Origin: Bilabrum cf. latius
Taxonomy: Eukaryota
Direction of reading: 5' to 3'
Length of the DNA stretch: 64,000 nt
Assembly: GCA_965178125.1 (NCBI GenBank)
Contig: OZ237743.1
Span: 1,054,001 to 1,118,000, forward strand
Shown here one piece after another: positions 1 through 11,884 of this stretch (the stretch's first letter is position 1; each line of letters begins with the position of its first letter). Made by a program: the position numbers and the translations under genes. A model generated the notes under the pieces. That model made no database searches and was not told the DNA's origin. It worked only from the letters and a program-made list of their open reading frames with translations.

Positions 1-475
1 GTTCTGGCGGTCGTGGCTTGCGTTTGGACGATCCTAATTGCTCGAGACTGGCCTGTCGACGCATAGGACCGCACAGTGTCCAGGCCCGGCAGGACTGGGT
101 GCTGCCTTCTCCTTGACTATGCTAGCCTGTGGCGACGTTCAGGTAACGTCTACTCTCTGGTGGGCTAGGAGTATGAAGACAAGGACAACAACAGCATCAT
201 CTCCACTGGCAGCCCGCCGGCTTGTCTGGCGTGAGTGCCTTGGCTTGGGCAATTTCGAACGACAAACTGTGTCGAGGCTGTGGTGCCGTCCTAAGTAGAG
301 CCAATGAGCTATGTCGTAGTTGCTTAACTCCGGGGGCAGTCAAGTTGAAGTCGCACGTGCCACAAGGGGGTTGCATCCGAGGTGGTCAAAAAGGTCAAAC
401 TTTTTTGAAGATGAAGCGATACAATTATTGCCAGCAACTCATATTTCGTGGATTTTGAGCAGGCAACATATCATA

Positions 476-3400
476 ATGCCATCTCGTACAGGAATTGCTG
501 CATTATTGGTCACAGCTTGCGAGCCGTTTCTAGATCAGCGCTCCATTAAGGCTATCAGATGCACCTGCCGGCGATTGCAAAGTGGCACCTCTAGACGTCG
601 AACAAGCAGTGACAACGCTGTAAAAGAGACAGCACTGAACGTTAGTTCTGCATCTGGAGCATGGAAAGTTGCGTACGGTCGGGTATGTAGATCAGGTCAG
701 ACAACGTTGGTGCCTGCCAGCCCCGTGGTGAGAGCGCATTGTTGGCATTCATTAGCTGAGTCTAGACAGCAGCATAGTGCTAGTGATAACCCTTAGCATA
801 GAGATATCAGGGTTGGTCCCGAAGGATCGCTGATCAAGTTCGGTAGCTTCTCAGAGTGCAGTCCAAGCTGCCTGTCAACCTTCCCGCTTGAGGCTGCCAA
901 TATTAGCGGATCAATCGACCAATACAGTGAAGTTGCATGCGTTAGCACAGCAATCTCACTACGAGCGCTCGGAATATCACATCTACATGCCTGCACAACT
1001 GCCAAAAGTCGTGCTCTTCGACGCATTCTCCAATCTGCAAGGAGTATTCGCTGCCTGTCTCTGGGTTACGGCAGGGTTCAGTCAAATGCAACCCGAGACT
1101 TTGTAATTCCCGATAAAATTGTGTTGGAGAAGAGCGTATGGAGAGCTCGGGCGGTGCATCGGTGGGCTTCGACTCTGGCAGATGCCCAGCACTCGCTTGC
1201 AGTCCGTGCTTTAGCCACGCCGCCAGCATGCGACCGGCATTCGATTGGGACGCATTTAGTCAATGTACAAGGGTGTAAGACAGCTCTAAAAGTCGGGAAT
1301 AGCGATGAAGCTGCCGAGAGAGGAGCTTCAGGCGGTTCAGGACGCGGTAGCACTAGCTGTCCGGGCGGCGCTCACCGACCGGAGAGCAGAAAAGCCCCGA
1401 TACACAGCAAAGCATATGATGGAACGTGGTCAAGCGGTTCATCATTACGGCACATTGCGGTCCAGAAGGTACCCAGAGGCTTGTTTAGAGCACCAGCACT
1501 TGGTGCCCTCCTCGGAGCCATGCCGCAGCACATGCAGCAATGGACATGTAGTACTACTAGTAGTAGTGCAAATGCGACTGCCGATTTGATCCGTGCCAAT
1601 CCCAAGCTTTACCTTTGTTGGGATCTCCGCACACTGGTGCTACCCGCCTCGCGCACATGGAGAGACGCCCAGGCCCAGGCTCGTCTGCTGTCCTTGTGCC
1701 CTCGGTTGATCGCTCTGAGAGCAGTGAGGCTGCCGTTCAGGGCGGTGCGACTCCCATTCGACTTAGAGCAGAGAGGAGAGCTATGGTACTGGAAGAATAA
1801 CCCCGTGGCGCGCAAGGGGCGGTATAGACCGCGTAAGTGGAGAGACTCCGGATACATGAAGGGACAGGCACTTAGACAGGTCATTGAAGCTGCCTCCCGC
1901 TGGGTATGCACGGTGCTGGACAGCTGCCCAGAGCTCCGCTGCCTTAGCCTGCCAGGCATGGCACCGGAGGGCGCGGCTGGTGTGCTGCTGGGCGTGCTGA
2001 GCAGACGGGGCAGGTTTAGGCTGCGCACGATCGACTTCGGTCTGGTGTAGCCCTCATTCCAAGCGACTTGCACCGACCATCTCCGTTGGTCGGCATTACG
2101 CGCAAAGATGCCTCTACTAGATCGTCGGAATACAAGGCTGCAATACTAGTCGCAAGAATGGCGTCTAATGCAGCAATATTTCGAGCGAGGGCGGATCTCA
2201 GTGCGCGCAGAGCCGCATGATCCGCTGGTCAGGGTGAAGCTCGGCCCAACCTCGCATCCTGCCGACTTGCTATGGGTAGCAGACCGCCCAATAGCAGATT
2301 TAACCAGACCAGATACTGCAGAGGGCGTGCACGCAGCTACGCAACCAGGCCTAGATGAAGGCGCGGACGCAGCCGTTGACATTGCCGTGCACGCAGCTAC
2401 GCAACCAGGCCTAGATGAAGGCGCGGACGCAGGCGTTGACATTGCCGTGCACGCAGCTACGCAACCAGGCCTAGATGAAGCTGCGGATGGCTATACAGCC
2501 GTCACCCGTGCATCGAGTGAGGAAACAGCGTCAGGGGTCTCCAGCGAGACCCCTGACGCTGTTTCAGCCGGAGACGACAGTACATCGTGCAACAGTGGGA
2601 GACGACAGTATCATGCATCCAGGGAGTTCAGGTGCAGAAACGGATGCGGTGCATTGATGGTGGAAGCCACACAAGCAGCGAACGGCCACGCGTTGGATAC
2701 GTCACGCAGCTTAAACTAGAATCAAAGGGACCACGACAGAGTCTGCAAGCTGCGCACATTAGAGTGTCCCGCAGTGGATTGTGCGTGGGTGGGTTGCGCC
2801 ACCGAGTTCGCCAATCACGCCGAAGAGTGCCAGCGCTTGGCAGCAAGCTGCTGCAGTCAAGAATCAGCGTCGACTAGTATGGAGCGACAGAGACTAATGC
2901 ATTTTGATGGTCGCGAGTGTGTTCACGGAGTTTTGTCGGAGAATTCAGCGCCCCCATCGGTAGATCACCGATCAGATCGCCCAGTGCCGCCGGGAGAACT
3001 CAGCAAGCTTGTGTGCACGAACGGTTGCGGGGCAGTGCTTCTTGGGGGCACCAGATTGGGCACCCGTAGTGCGTTACTCACAGAGGCATACGCGCAGATC
3101 GTGCAGGCAGACCACGATGTCCTGTGTCGGATGCACTCTGTGTCTTGCCCAGCAGAGGGCTGCGCCTGGGTTGGGCCCAGGTATACGTATGCTGACCACA
3201 CCGCCAAGTGCCGCTCGTGGAACACATAGCTGCGGTGGAGCCGAAACGAAGTACATCCCGTGGATCAGATGAGAGACGACGTGAGAAGAGCAGCGGCTGC
3301 CTGGGCCTTGGAGCGACCCCTGGATGGCAGGCATGTACCTGGTACTGCCACCGTGCTATCTGCTCCTGTAGATCCCGTGCTAGAGGCCTTTGAGGATCGC

Positions 3401-4909
3401 CCTCCGCAGCATGATGCAGCTCTGCAGGTCGCTGTCGGTGGGTACTGGTGGCGATGGGAGGCCATGGTGCTGTCTTGGGACAGCGTGTCCAACTGCCAGG
3501 ACAAGGACACGCGGGTATCGCAGGCCGTGAAAGACGGCGATGAGCTGGCCGGGCTGCACCTGGGCGCCCCGTTCTGGAGGGCGCTGCCGCCATACATGCT
3601 GGAGCCCGAGACGCCGTTTAAAGTCTAGGTACTGGGGTCGTGTGACTCGGAGCTGCAGAACCAGCGAATGTCTGGGGAGGGCTAGCTGCTCGGTTCAGCT
3701 GACGGCGGTGTCGGTCGGTACCAAGCCCACGCGTCTGATCTGCCGCCAGCACCCGCCAGTGGCGCCGGAGCTGATGATGTTGACAATGAGGGGCACTGGC
3801 GTGTTTCTGATGAGGCAACTGAGGGGGAAACTTGTTGCTCTAGCTCGGAAGCCAACGGTTGTGGCGTCGCTGGTACTGAGGCCGCTTCACTCGAAGTGTT
3901 GCTCCATCCCGACGACCCCCATGTACATGGTACCAGGAGCAGCGTCACGGAGGCAGTGTACCAACTCACCAGGAGCACCGTGGAGCCACTGTCAATGCAG
4001 CACGAAGCTCATCGTGAAAGACTGCAAGATGCAGCGACAGCTGACCCTGCTGACATGCAGTGCCCTGCTCGTGCGCTGTAGAGGGTGACGCATGGTTTTA
4101 ATCTTGTCGCCATCAAGAATTGGACCGTCTGGCGAGCATTGTACTCGCGTACTCGCAGTGATTATGCATCATACTTACGCGCTATCCGACTCGGCAGGGC
4201 TCATCGGAACCCAGAAGAGCACCGAGACCCTGGTGTTCTAGAAGGGCAAATCAGGAGTCTGGAAGACCAAATTGCCATCGCTGATCGCAGTCTGAGGAGA
4301 CTTTATCGCGGGCTTCGCGCGCTTCAAATGAACGCTGGTGCTGGTGCTGGTGCTGGTGCTGGTGCTGGTGCTGGTGCTGGTGCTGGTGCTGGTGCTGGTG
4401 CTGGTGGAGCTGCTGGTGCTGGTGCTGGTGCTGGTGCTGGTGCTGGTGCTGGTGCTGGTGCTGGTGCTGGTGCTGGTGCTGGTGCTGGTGCTGGTGCTGG
4501 TGCTGGTGCTGGTGCTGGTGCTGGTGCTGGTGCTGGTGCTGGTGCTGGTGCTGGTGCTGGTGCTGGTGCTGGTGCTGGTGCTGGTGCTGGTGCTGGTGCT
4601 GGTGCTGGTGCTGGTGCTGGTACAATAGCAGGCGTAAGTGAAGGTACAGATGCAATAGCAGGAGCAGGAGCAGGAGCAGGAGCAATAGCTGGAGCAAGAG
4701 TAGGGGCACCTGTATGTACTCGAGACGGCAATGCTGCCCGAGCCAGCACCACAGCGTAGAGAGATTCATGTGATGAATCGAGCGTCACGCTATTTCAGGC
4801 GCTATGTTTGTTGGTGCTCGTTTGGCTGCTGGTGCACTACTACTGGTCGCAGCAAGGGAGTTAGAGGGCCGACCAAGGGCACGGCAACCATAGAAAATGG
4901 TCGTTTTGA
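476..4909 (+). CDS. ~1477-aa protein: N-terminal F-box-like segment, two TRAF/SIAH-like zinc-finger units, (Gly-Ala)n tract, C-terminal hydrophobic helix (TAG read as Gln)
   Basis: ORF-track pieces 320-796, 1121-2050, 2168-2719, 2774-3229, 3260-3628, 3896-4081 and 4085-4759 share one frame. They are separated only by 10 TAGs (794, 2048, 2147, 2717, 3227, 3626, 3683, 4079, 4757, 4862), and the first TGA is at 4907. Repeated motif CxNGCG...DHDxxC...CPAxxCAWVG...HxxxC. Hydrophobic stretch LFQALCLLVLVWLLVHYYW near the end. Domain names are motif-level inference. Confidence 0.65.
2327..2480 (+). repeat. 60-bp coding tandem repeat, ~2.6 copies (VHAATQPGLDEGADAxVDIA)
   Basis: gtgcacgcagctacgcaaccaggcctagatgaag recurs at 2327, 2387 and 2447. 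Confidence 0.9.
4334..4621 (+). repeat. (GCTGGT)n hexanucleotide microsatellite encoding poly(Ala-Gly)
   Basis: Directly visible, with one interruption near 4406-4411. Confidence 0.95.
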
Positions 4910-5044
4910 ACTTTCTGCCCCGGCGCGATCCAAGAATCTTGTTTCTGTATTTACGAACGAAGCTAGGTAGACCGGAACCGCAAACATGCCGGGACAGTTC
5001 CAAGAAAGCTCCCAGGCACACTCCCACAACAGAGCAGAGATCAG

Positions 5045-7721
5045 ATGCAAACCGCGCTATTAGGCAAAGGATCTTCTCAAACCGAACTTGTAGCAAGTAA
5101 TCAGGCTGGCAAAGGGGCGGCAGATCGATTTAGGGGAGCCTCTGCTCCACATGCAGATCCAGTAGCTTCAGCGCCCCGGCAAACTGCTGGCAGTGAAGGA
5201 GGGTATAGTGAAATCCCGAGAGGAAGGGTTTTGGCCAGCCACGGAAATGTTCCTCCGATGGTATACTAGCTGTTTGGTTAGAATGGCCCGGTTGATTAGG
5301 GCCTCTCCGCACTCCGTGACGGAGAATTCGATCATGGTGAGCCTGGGGAGAACGGAGTCAAGTACCTCCTGACACCACACGATCGATCTAATATCTGATA
5401 GTTCCGGCTCTATTGTAATATTTGAGGTCCTCCGCAGGCTATATTCGGTTCCTTGAGCCAGATGAGCGCAAGCTGAAAGGCGAGGAGTCCCCACCACCGG
5501 ATTGCTGTAGTATTTTCTGCTGCGTTTTCTGCTCGCTAACAGTTCTGGGTGGATGCTGCGTGGCAATGAGATCGTATTTGGTTCGAAAAGGCGAGGTTGG
5601 GGTAGCTCAGTTCTATGACGGTACCGCTCGTGTGTTGGCTCCAGGCTGGCATCTTCTTGATGTCTTCTTCGCCACGGTGAAGCGGTTCAAGGCGACAGAC
5701 AACACGATCCACCACGGCAATATGCACATCATCCGGGTAAAGCCTGGAGAGGTTGGGATCGGTGTCTTGAACGGCGAGCCGTTGATTCTGCTTCCCGGGG
5801 GACGGCACGTTATAACTGAACCGACCTTTAGTTTCGAGAGGCGTGTGGCTCTCACCGAAGCTTTGATCAACCACTCTACCTTGCACATCATCACTGTCAA
5901 TCGAGGAAAGTGAGTAAAGTGCGTCGCATGTCACGATGCAGCTTTGCGATCTGTCTCTATGCTACCTCGATCCCCCCCCATTTCTGTCACCACTCACCCC
6001 GGGCCTGCAGGATCGGCCTGTGCACCGTGGACGGAGAGGGCCATTTTCTAGGCGAGGGCACGCACAGGATCAACAACGGCCGCTTCAGTTTCAAGGGCTT
6101 TGAGTCTGCGTTCCAGGAGCACATCACGGTCGGCTCCAAGCACCGTTGTCTGGTGCCAGCCGGCTGCCTCGGCAAGGCCATCCAGAATGGGCAGCAGGTA
6201 CTCATCGAGCCCGGAGAGCCCAGGTACTATGCGGATCCTACATTCGTGTACGCTGGATCCGTCCTTACGAATGCCGCGGTTATCCGTCACGGTCCCATAC
6301 GATGAGCATGCATTCACTGGCAGACCAAACAAGCCAGACCGCATGGGCTTTGGCGGTTTCACTTGCGCTTCCGTCATCATCAAATTTGTATTGCATGCTA
6401 TCCATCATCCGGTTGACCTGCTGCGATTGTTGCGCCTGTGCTCGTTGCTCTCCCTCGCAGGATCATCACCACGCCCGACGGCCAGGTGGGCGTGCTCTTC
6501 AAGCAGGGCGAGCTGGAGGTGCTGCCACCCGGGCGGGTCACGAGGAGCGACCCGACGAATTTCTTCGCGGGCTTCCTGTCGACGGGCCAGCAGACTCTGC
6601 CTATCACCAAGATATCGCTGCTGTCCGCCGATATGGTCGGCCTGGAACTCGACGCCGCGGTCACCGTTCAGATCGTGGACGCCAAGAGGGCCGTCACGAT
6701 GCTGGGCTCCTCTGGCCAAGGCGGCTCCGCGGGCGGGAGTGGCGGAAGCGGGGGCAGCGCTGGTTTTGCGGCTGCGTAGCGTCGTGCGGCGGCAGCGTCC
6801 AGGCTAGCCACAATGCGCAGCAGGCTGCAGAACAAGGGCAGGGGCAATGGCAAAGGAAGCGCCTTATTCGGCGCTGGAGCTGACGATGATGACGATGACG
6901 TAGCGGCTGCTCTCCGTGCCTCCCTGTTTGACCAGGGCGGTGGCGGGGCCGATGGCGACGCGGTGGAATACGGGCTTACCGAGTCCGGCTCTGACGGAGT
7001 GGCGCTGTAGTCTCGGATCTACCGGTCCATCGTGGAGCGCGCGAAGCTCAGCATCGCCACGATCGTGGGCGGTTCCCCGCTGCAGGATCATTCCATGCAC
7101 GTGCGCAAGCAGGTGAGCGCAAGGAGCGGCGGCGGCGAAGCGGGTTCGTTGGCGACTGCTGCAGCCTCCTCCTCCACGGCCGGAGAGGAGTCGGAGGAGG
7201 ACCCATCGGCTGGCATGGGGCAGTCCTTCCGGCAGCAACTGCACGACACATTCATGAGCAGGTTTGCGATTGACCTCCATGACCAGTGCGGGGTCAAGGT
7301 GGTGGACATCGCCATCGAGCAGGTCACGTTCAGCGACCACGAGCTGTCCACTGCCATGGCCAAAGGGGCCGTGTCCAGGACCGAGCTTACCCAGGCGAAC
7401 ATCCGCAGGCAGGTCATGGCCCTCGAGGCGCAGGCAGACCAGCAGAGCTGTGTGATGAGGGCGGAGGGCGAGGCGCGCGCCATCGAGATCCTGGCGGAGG
7501 CGGAGGCCGGGCGCATCCGGAAAATTGACGAAGCGATGAGCAAGGCGAGCGCAAACACGCGCGATAGAGAGACGTTTAAGATCGCTGCGGACGTCGTGGC
7601 CGCGTCCAAGTCCAGCATGATCATCGCTTCCGGAGCGAGGGAGGCGACGAGCATGCTGGTGGGGCAGCAGATGATCGCAGCGGCCTCCGGGGCAGCCTCT
7701 GGCGACGGATCTCGCACGTGA
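5045..7721 (+). CDS. SPFH/Band-7 (stomatin/flotillin, vacuolin-like) protein, 4 exons (5045-5336, 5438-5909, 6011-6301, 6461-7721), ~771 aa
   Basis: Repeated HGxxHIIxV/PGxH motifs and an SPFH-like core (LSADMVGLELDAAVTVQIVD; GVKVVDIAIEQV), followed by an AE-rich coiled coil (RAEGEARAIEILAEAEA). Introns 1 and 2 are phase-compatible GT-AG. There are three in-frame TAGs in exon 1 and two more at 6777 and 7008. Stop is TGA. The intron-3 donor is atypical. Confidence 0.75.
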
Positions 7722-8157
7722 CCCAGGGCATGACGGTGTCTTTTTCACTCCAGTGACAAGTTGGAGGTTCGGAGATCGGCGGCTTTTTGATTGGGCTGGG
7801 TTGGTTTTGCCAGGTGGCGAGCTTGCACTCGTCAATCCTTGCTACCCATCTTAGCTCTTGAATGCCACCGCTTGAGTTGATTCCGAAGTATCTTGCTCGA
7901 ACGTACGAACTTACGAATTTCCTCGGGTTACTTCAATCCGATGGATGGATCATCCGTGGCTCTGGCAAGCAAATGCCATTTATCGGCGGCATGCGGTCTT
8001 TCGTCAGGCTAGTGCTTAACCATTTGTGCGGAGAGCAAAACACATAATGAAAATTTATAGAAGCAAAGCAAGAGGCCAAGGCGGCAGAATATAGGCGTGC
8101 TGGCAGGTGTCTTGCCAGCATCCAAGTACATGCCCGATACTGTGAAGCGTTGGTGAT

Positions 8158-9441
8158 TCACATGATCGGGAACGACGCATCCATCTGGATCCCGCACTGA
8201 CCCGGGGGTCCGTACTGAGGCCCCCGACCCAGCAAAATGTACCCCTGATCGCCCCACGTGGTGCCCCAAGAGGTCTTAACCTTCCAGTAGTCTTCGCCGT
8301 TGAGGGTGCCGTAGCCGACGAGCAGCATGCCGGTGTCGAGCTAGGTGCCGCATGGGGCCGTCATGACGCCGCTGTGGTAGTTCTGGAAGTTGAGCGACTG
8401 GGCTGACACCCCAATCGACACAGGCTGCTGTGCCACGGCCGCCATGAGGTCTTGCTCGGAGTATCCCGCTACAGGGTGGTACCCCTAGATCTGGGCGCGG
8501 TTTAGGCAGGGAGGCGCCATACCATGGCACTGGCAGGGCCCCGACTGGGCTGTGTACGGGTAGTTGGACTCGAACGTGAGGCCACCCGCCCACTGGGTGT
8601 ACCTGAACGCTGCGTTGATATCACCGCTCACGCACCCGTTGTTGCCGAAGGAAGCAGAGCAGTCCACCAGCTGCTGCACGGACAGGTCGATGGGCGGGAC
8701 ACCATGGTAGATTGCCCGCGCGCTCTCGATGGCCCCTGCTGCCGAGAAGGCCCAGTCGGACCCGCACTGGCCCTGGTCCTTGACCGAGGTGACGGCACCT
8801 GCGAGCACGTGTTTGCATGGATAACATAATGTCACGGTACTATGCTTTATGACGCGCAATGACTCCCAAGCAGTACGTGCATGCATTCAAGCATCATTCT
8901 TGCAACCCGGCCACAGCAGCCAAGCATCGCGCCCACAAGCAACTGCGCGGGCTACCCGACCACCACTCGGGTGACGGGCCCGAGAACGGAGTGCTCCAGG
9001 GCCAGCATCCAAACGATGGCATGCTAGCAAGCGCAAGCGATACATACACCATACTTGTGTCTCACCTGCTGCGGTCCAATCCACCGATGGCGGAAGGCTG
9101 CCCTGCCCCTGCGTCCGACGGTCGTGGCCGGTCTCGGCTGCAGTCGCGTTGGGAACCGTGCCTCGGAAGCCTCCGGTGTAGATGGCGGCGAACTCCTCGT
9201 TCGTCAGATCGGAGAACGCATTCAGGCCCATGGTCCACGACAGGCCCTTGGCGTTGTGCTCCTCGACGGCCTCGGCGTTGGCCGAGAAGACCTCGAGGCG
9301 GCGTTGGGCCTCCTCGCCCTCGTAGGTCTTGCCGTGCTGGGCGGCCCATTGCGTGAACTGGGCCATGCGGTCCTTGGTGCTTGCAGCCATGGCAGTGGAA
9401 GCTGCGATGGCTGCGATGATGGCGGTGCAGGCGGTCTTCAT
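8158..9441 (-). CDS. Papain-family (C1A, cathepsin-L-like) pseudoprotease copy A, exons 9441-9066 and 8798-8158, ~338 aa
   Basis: Signal peptide, I29-type propeptide ([14 protein letters not shown]), [39 protein letters not shown]. In-frame TAG at 8485 and 8341. Stop is TGA. Confidence 0.9.
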
Positions 9442-9483
9442 GCTTGTCGTTGGCGATGTCCTGGTGGGCTGCGGTGCGGTAGC

Positions 9484-9499
9484 GACTGCGAGAAATGAG
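9484..9499 (-). promoter_or_regulatory. Possible initiator/core-promoter element CTCATTTCTCGCAGTC, also at 11695-11710 and 13320-13335
   Basis: The same 16-mer lies ~45-60 nt upstream of the ATG in all three protease copies. Identity of copy C to A and B stops just upstream of it. It resembles a YCATTYY initiator but could instead be a splice acceptor. Confidence 0.3.
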
Positions 9500-10331
9500 G
9501 CTTCCAATGAGCGACTGTGGAAGGGGCCTGGCGCAATCTGCATTGGTGTAGAATGGCACGCAACCTAGATTCGCAGGAAGCTGGTATCGCAGGAATGCAA
9601 GGGGCCCTTCAGGGTGCCTCGTGTGCCATGCAGCCTCGGATGATGCTCTGGTGCCAGTCTCGAGCGCGCCTGGATGCCTTATGTATACATGGCTTGAGGC
9701 ATGTGCCCACGAATTACCTACCGGTACTACTCCTGGATACCATGCAAGCAAATGTATTGGACAGCTATTATTTATTGTTTCATCTACGATTTCGTGTGTA
9801 ACAGATGCAAGGAGCCGGTCCAAGCAGGAGCGACCACTGTCAGGGCGTGCCATCGCGCAGGCACATGCGAAAGAAGCAGTAGATTTCACGAAATGTGCAG
9901 TGTTAGCTCGATACCAGCACCGGGCTTAACGTATGTCGTGTTGTGGTTGTTCGGGCGCAAGTGCAACTGCCAAGATAATGGACATGTTTGCCACAACGCA
10001 CTTTTTTGGTCGTTGCAATTGCATGCAAGTGAGTACCTCGAAATACGGAAAGCCACGATCACGATCGATTCAGTGCTATTTATTTTGGAGCTCGAGGGGA
10101 GCAGTGTCTTCCGAAGGCAGCAACGAAAACGTGCTCAGGTGAAGCATCAGTGGCAACGATACTATATTCATTGCGATACCCCTGAGTGTTGCAAAAAGAG
10201 TGGGTTTTGCTAGTACACGAAAGGTGTTGTGGATGGGTCCAACACACGCCTACATAGACCTGGAACGGCGCATGGCGTGCCTGCCCCTTCATCTCAATCC
10301 CCACGCCAGCAAGCACCGAGCTCAAATTCTC

Positions 10332-11652
10332 TTAGTCAAGAGGCGGGGCAGGCCACACAGTCGGGAATGATGGAACCATCTGGATCCCGCACTGCCCAGC
10401 ACCCCCGTACTGAGGCCCCCGGCCCAGCAAAATGTACCCCTGTTCGCCCCACGTGGTGCCCATAGAGGTCTTAACCTTCCAGTAGTCCTCTCCGTTGAGG
10501 GTGCCGTAGCCGACCAGCAGCATGCCAGTGTCAAGCTAGGTGCCGCATGCTGTGGTCAATACGCCGCTGTGGTAGTAATGGAAGTTGTACCCTCCGGCAT
10601 CCACCGCAATCGACACAGGCTGCTGTGCCACGGCCGCCATGAGGTCTTGCTCGGAGTATGCCGCTACAGTCTGGTATTCCTTCAGATGCACAAGCTAGGG
10701 ACAAATAGGCAACTTGGCTGAGAACTGGCAAGGCCCATCCTGGGCGGTGTACGGGTAGCAGGAAGACTGCAGCATGCCATTTGCCATGACGTAGTGAAAC
10801 GCACCTAGCATTGTCCCACCCGCGCATCCGTGGGTGCCGGAGGAAGCAGAGCAGTCCACCAGCTGCTGCACGGACAGGTCGATGGGCGGGACACCATGGT
10901 AGATTGCCCGCGCGCTCTCGATGGCCCCTGCTGCCGAGAAGGCCCAGTCGGACCCGCACTGGCCCTAGTCCTTGACCGAGGTGACGGCACCTGCGAGCAC
11001 GTGTTTGCATGGATAATGGCATGGATAATGGCTTGGATAATGTCACGGTACTATGCTTTATGACGCGCAATGACTCCCAAGCAGTACGTGCATGTAATCA
11101 AGCACCGTTCTTGCAACCCGGCCACAGCAGCCAAGCATCGCGCCCACAAGCAACTGCGCGGGCTACCCGACCACCACTCGGGTGACGGGCCCGAGAACGG
11201 AGTGCTCCAGGACCAGCATTCAAACGATGGCATGCTAGCAAGCGCAAGCAATACACATGCCATAATCGTGTCTCACCTGCTGCGGTCCAATCCACCGATG
11301 GCGGCAGGCTGCCCTGCCCCTGCGTCCGACGGACACTACCGGTCTCGGTCGCAGTCGCGTTGGGAACCGTGCCTCGGAAGCCTCCGGTGTAGATGGCGGC
11401 GAACTCCTCGTTCGTCAGATCGGAGAACGCATTCAGGCCCATGGTCCACGACAGGCCCTTGGCGTTGTGCTCCTCGACGGCCTCGGCGTTGGCCGAGAAG
11501 ACCTCGAGGCGGCGTTGGGCCTCCTCGCCCTCGTAGGTCTTGCCGTGCTGGGCGGCCCATTGCGTGAACTGGGCCATGCGGTCCTTGGTGCTTGCAGCCA
11601 TGGCAGTGGAAGCTGCGATAGCCGCGATGATGGCGGTGCAGGCGGTCTTCAT
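10332..11652 (-). CDS. Papain-family pseudoprotease copy B, exons 11652-11277 and 10990-10332, ~344 aa
   Basis: Near-identical exon 1 and intron to copy A. VKD(TAG)[10 protein letters not shown]. In-frame TAG at 10965, 10695 and 10536. Stop is TAA. Confidence 0.88.
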
Positions 11653-11884
11653 GCTTGTCGTTGGCGATGTCCTGTTGGGCTGCGGTGCGGTAGCGACTGC
11701 GAGAAATGAGGCTTCCAATGAGCGACTGTGGAAGGGGCCTGGCGCAATCTGCATTGGTTTGGAATAGCACGCCGCAACCTAAAATCAAAGGAATCTCAAG
11801 GGGGGCCAGCCCTGGCAGTGGCGAAATTCCATTTGTCGGCGAATGGTCGCACTCCCGCGTCAAGCAGTCTCTAACATGCCCGAC

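Noticed and set aside
1-307. Possible partial gene at the window start
   Set aside because: No frame gave a recognisable protein even with TAG read as Gln.
4251-4788. Poly-QH, poly-PA and poly-VL ORFs
   Set aside because: They are alternative frames of the (GCTGGT)n microsatellite.
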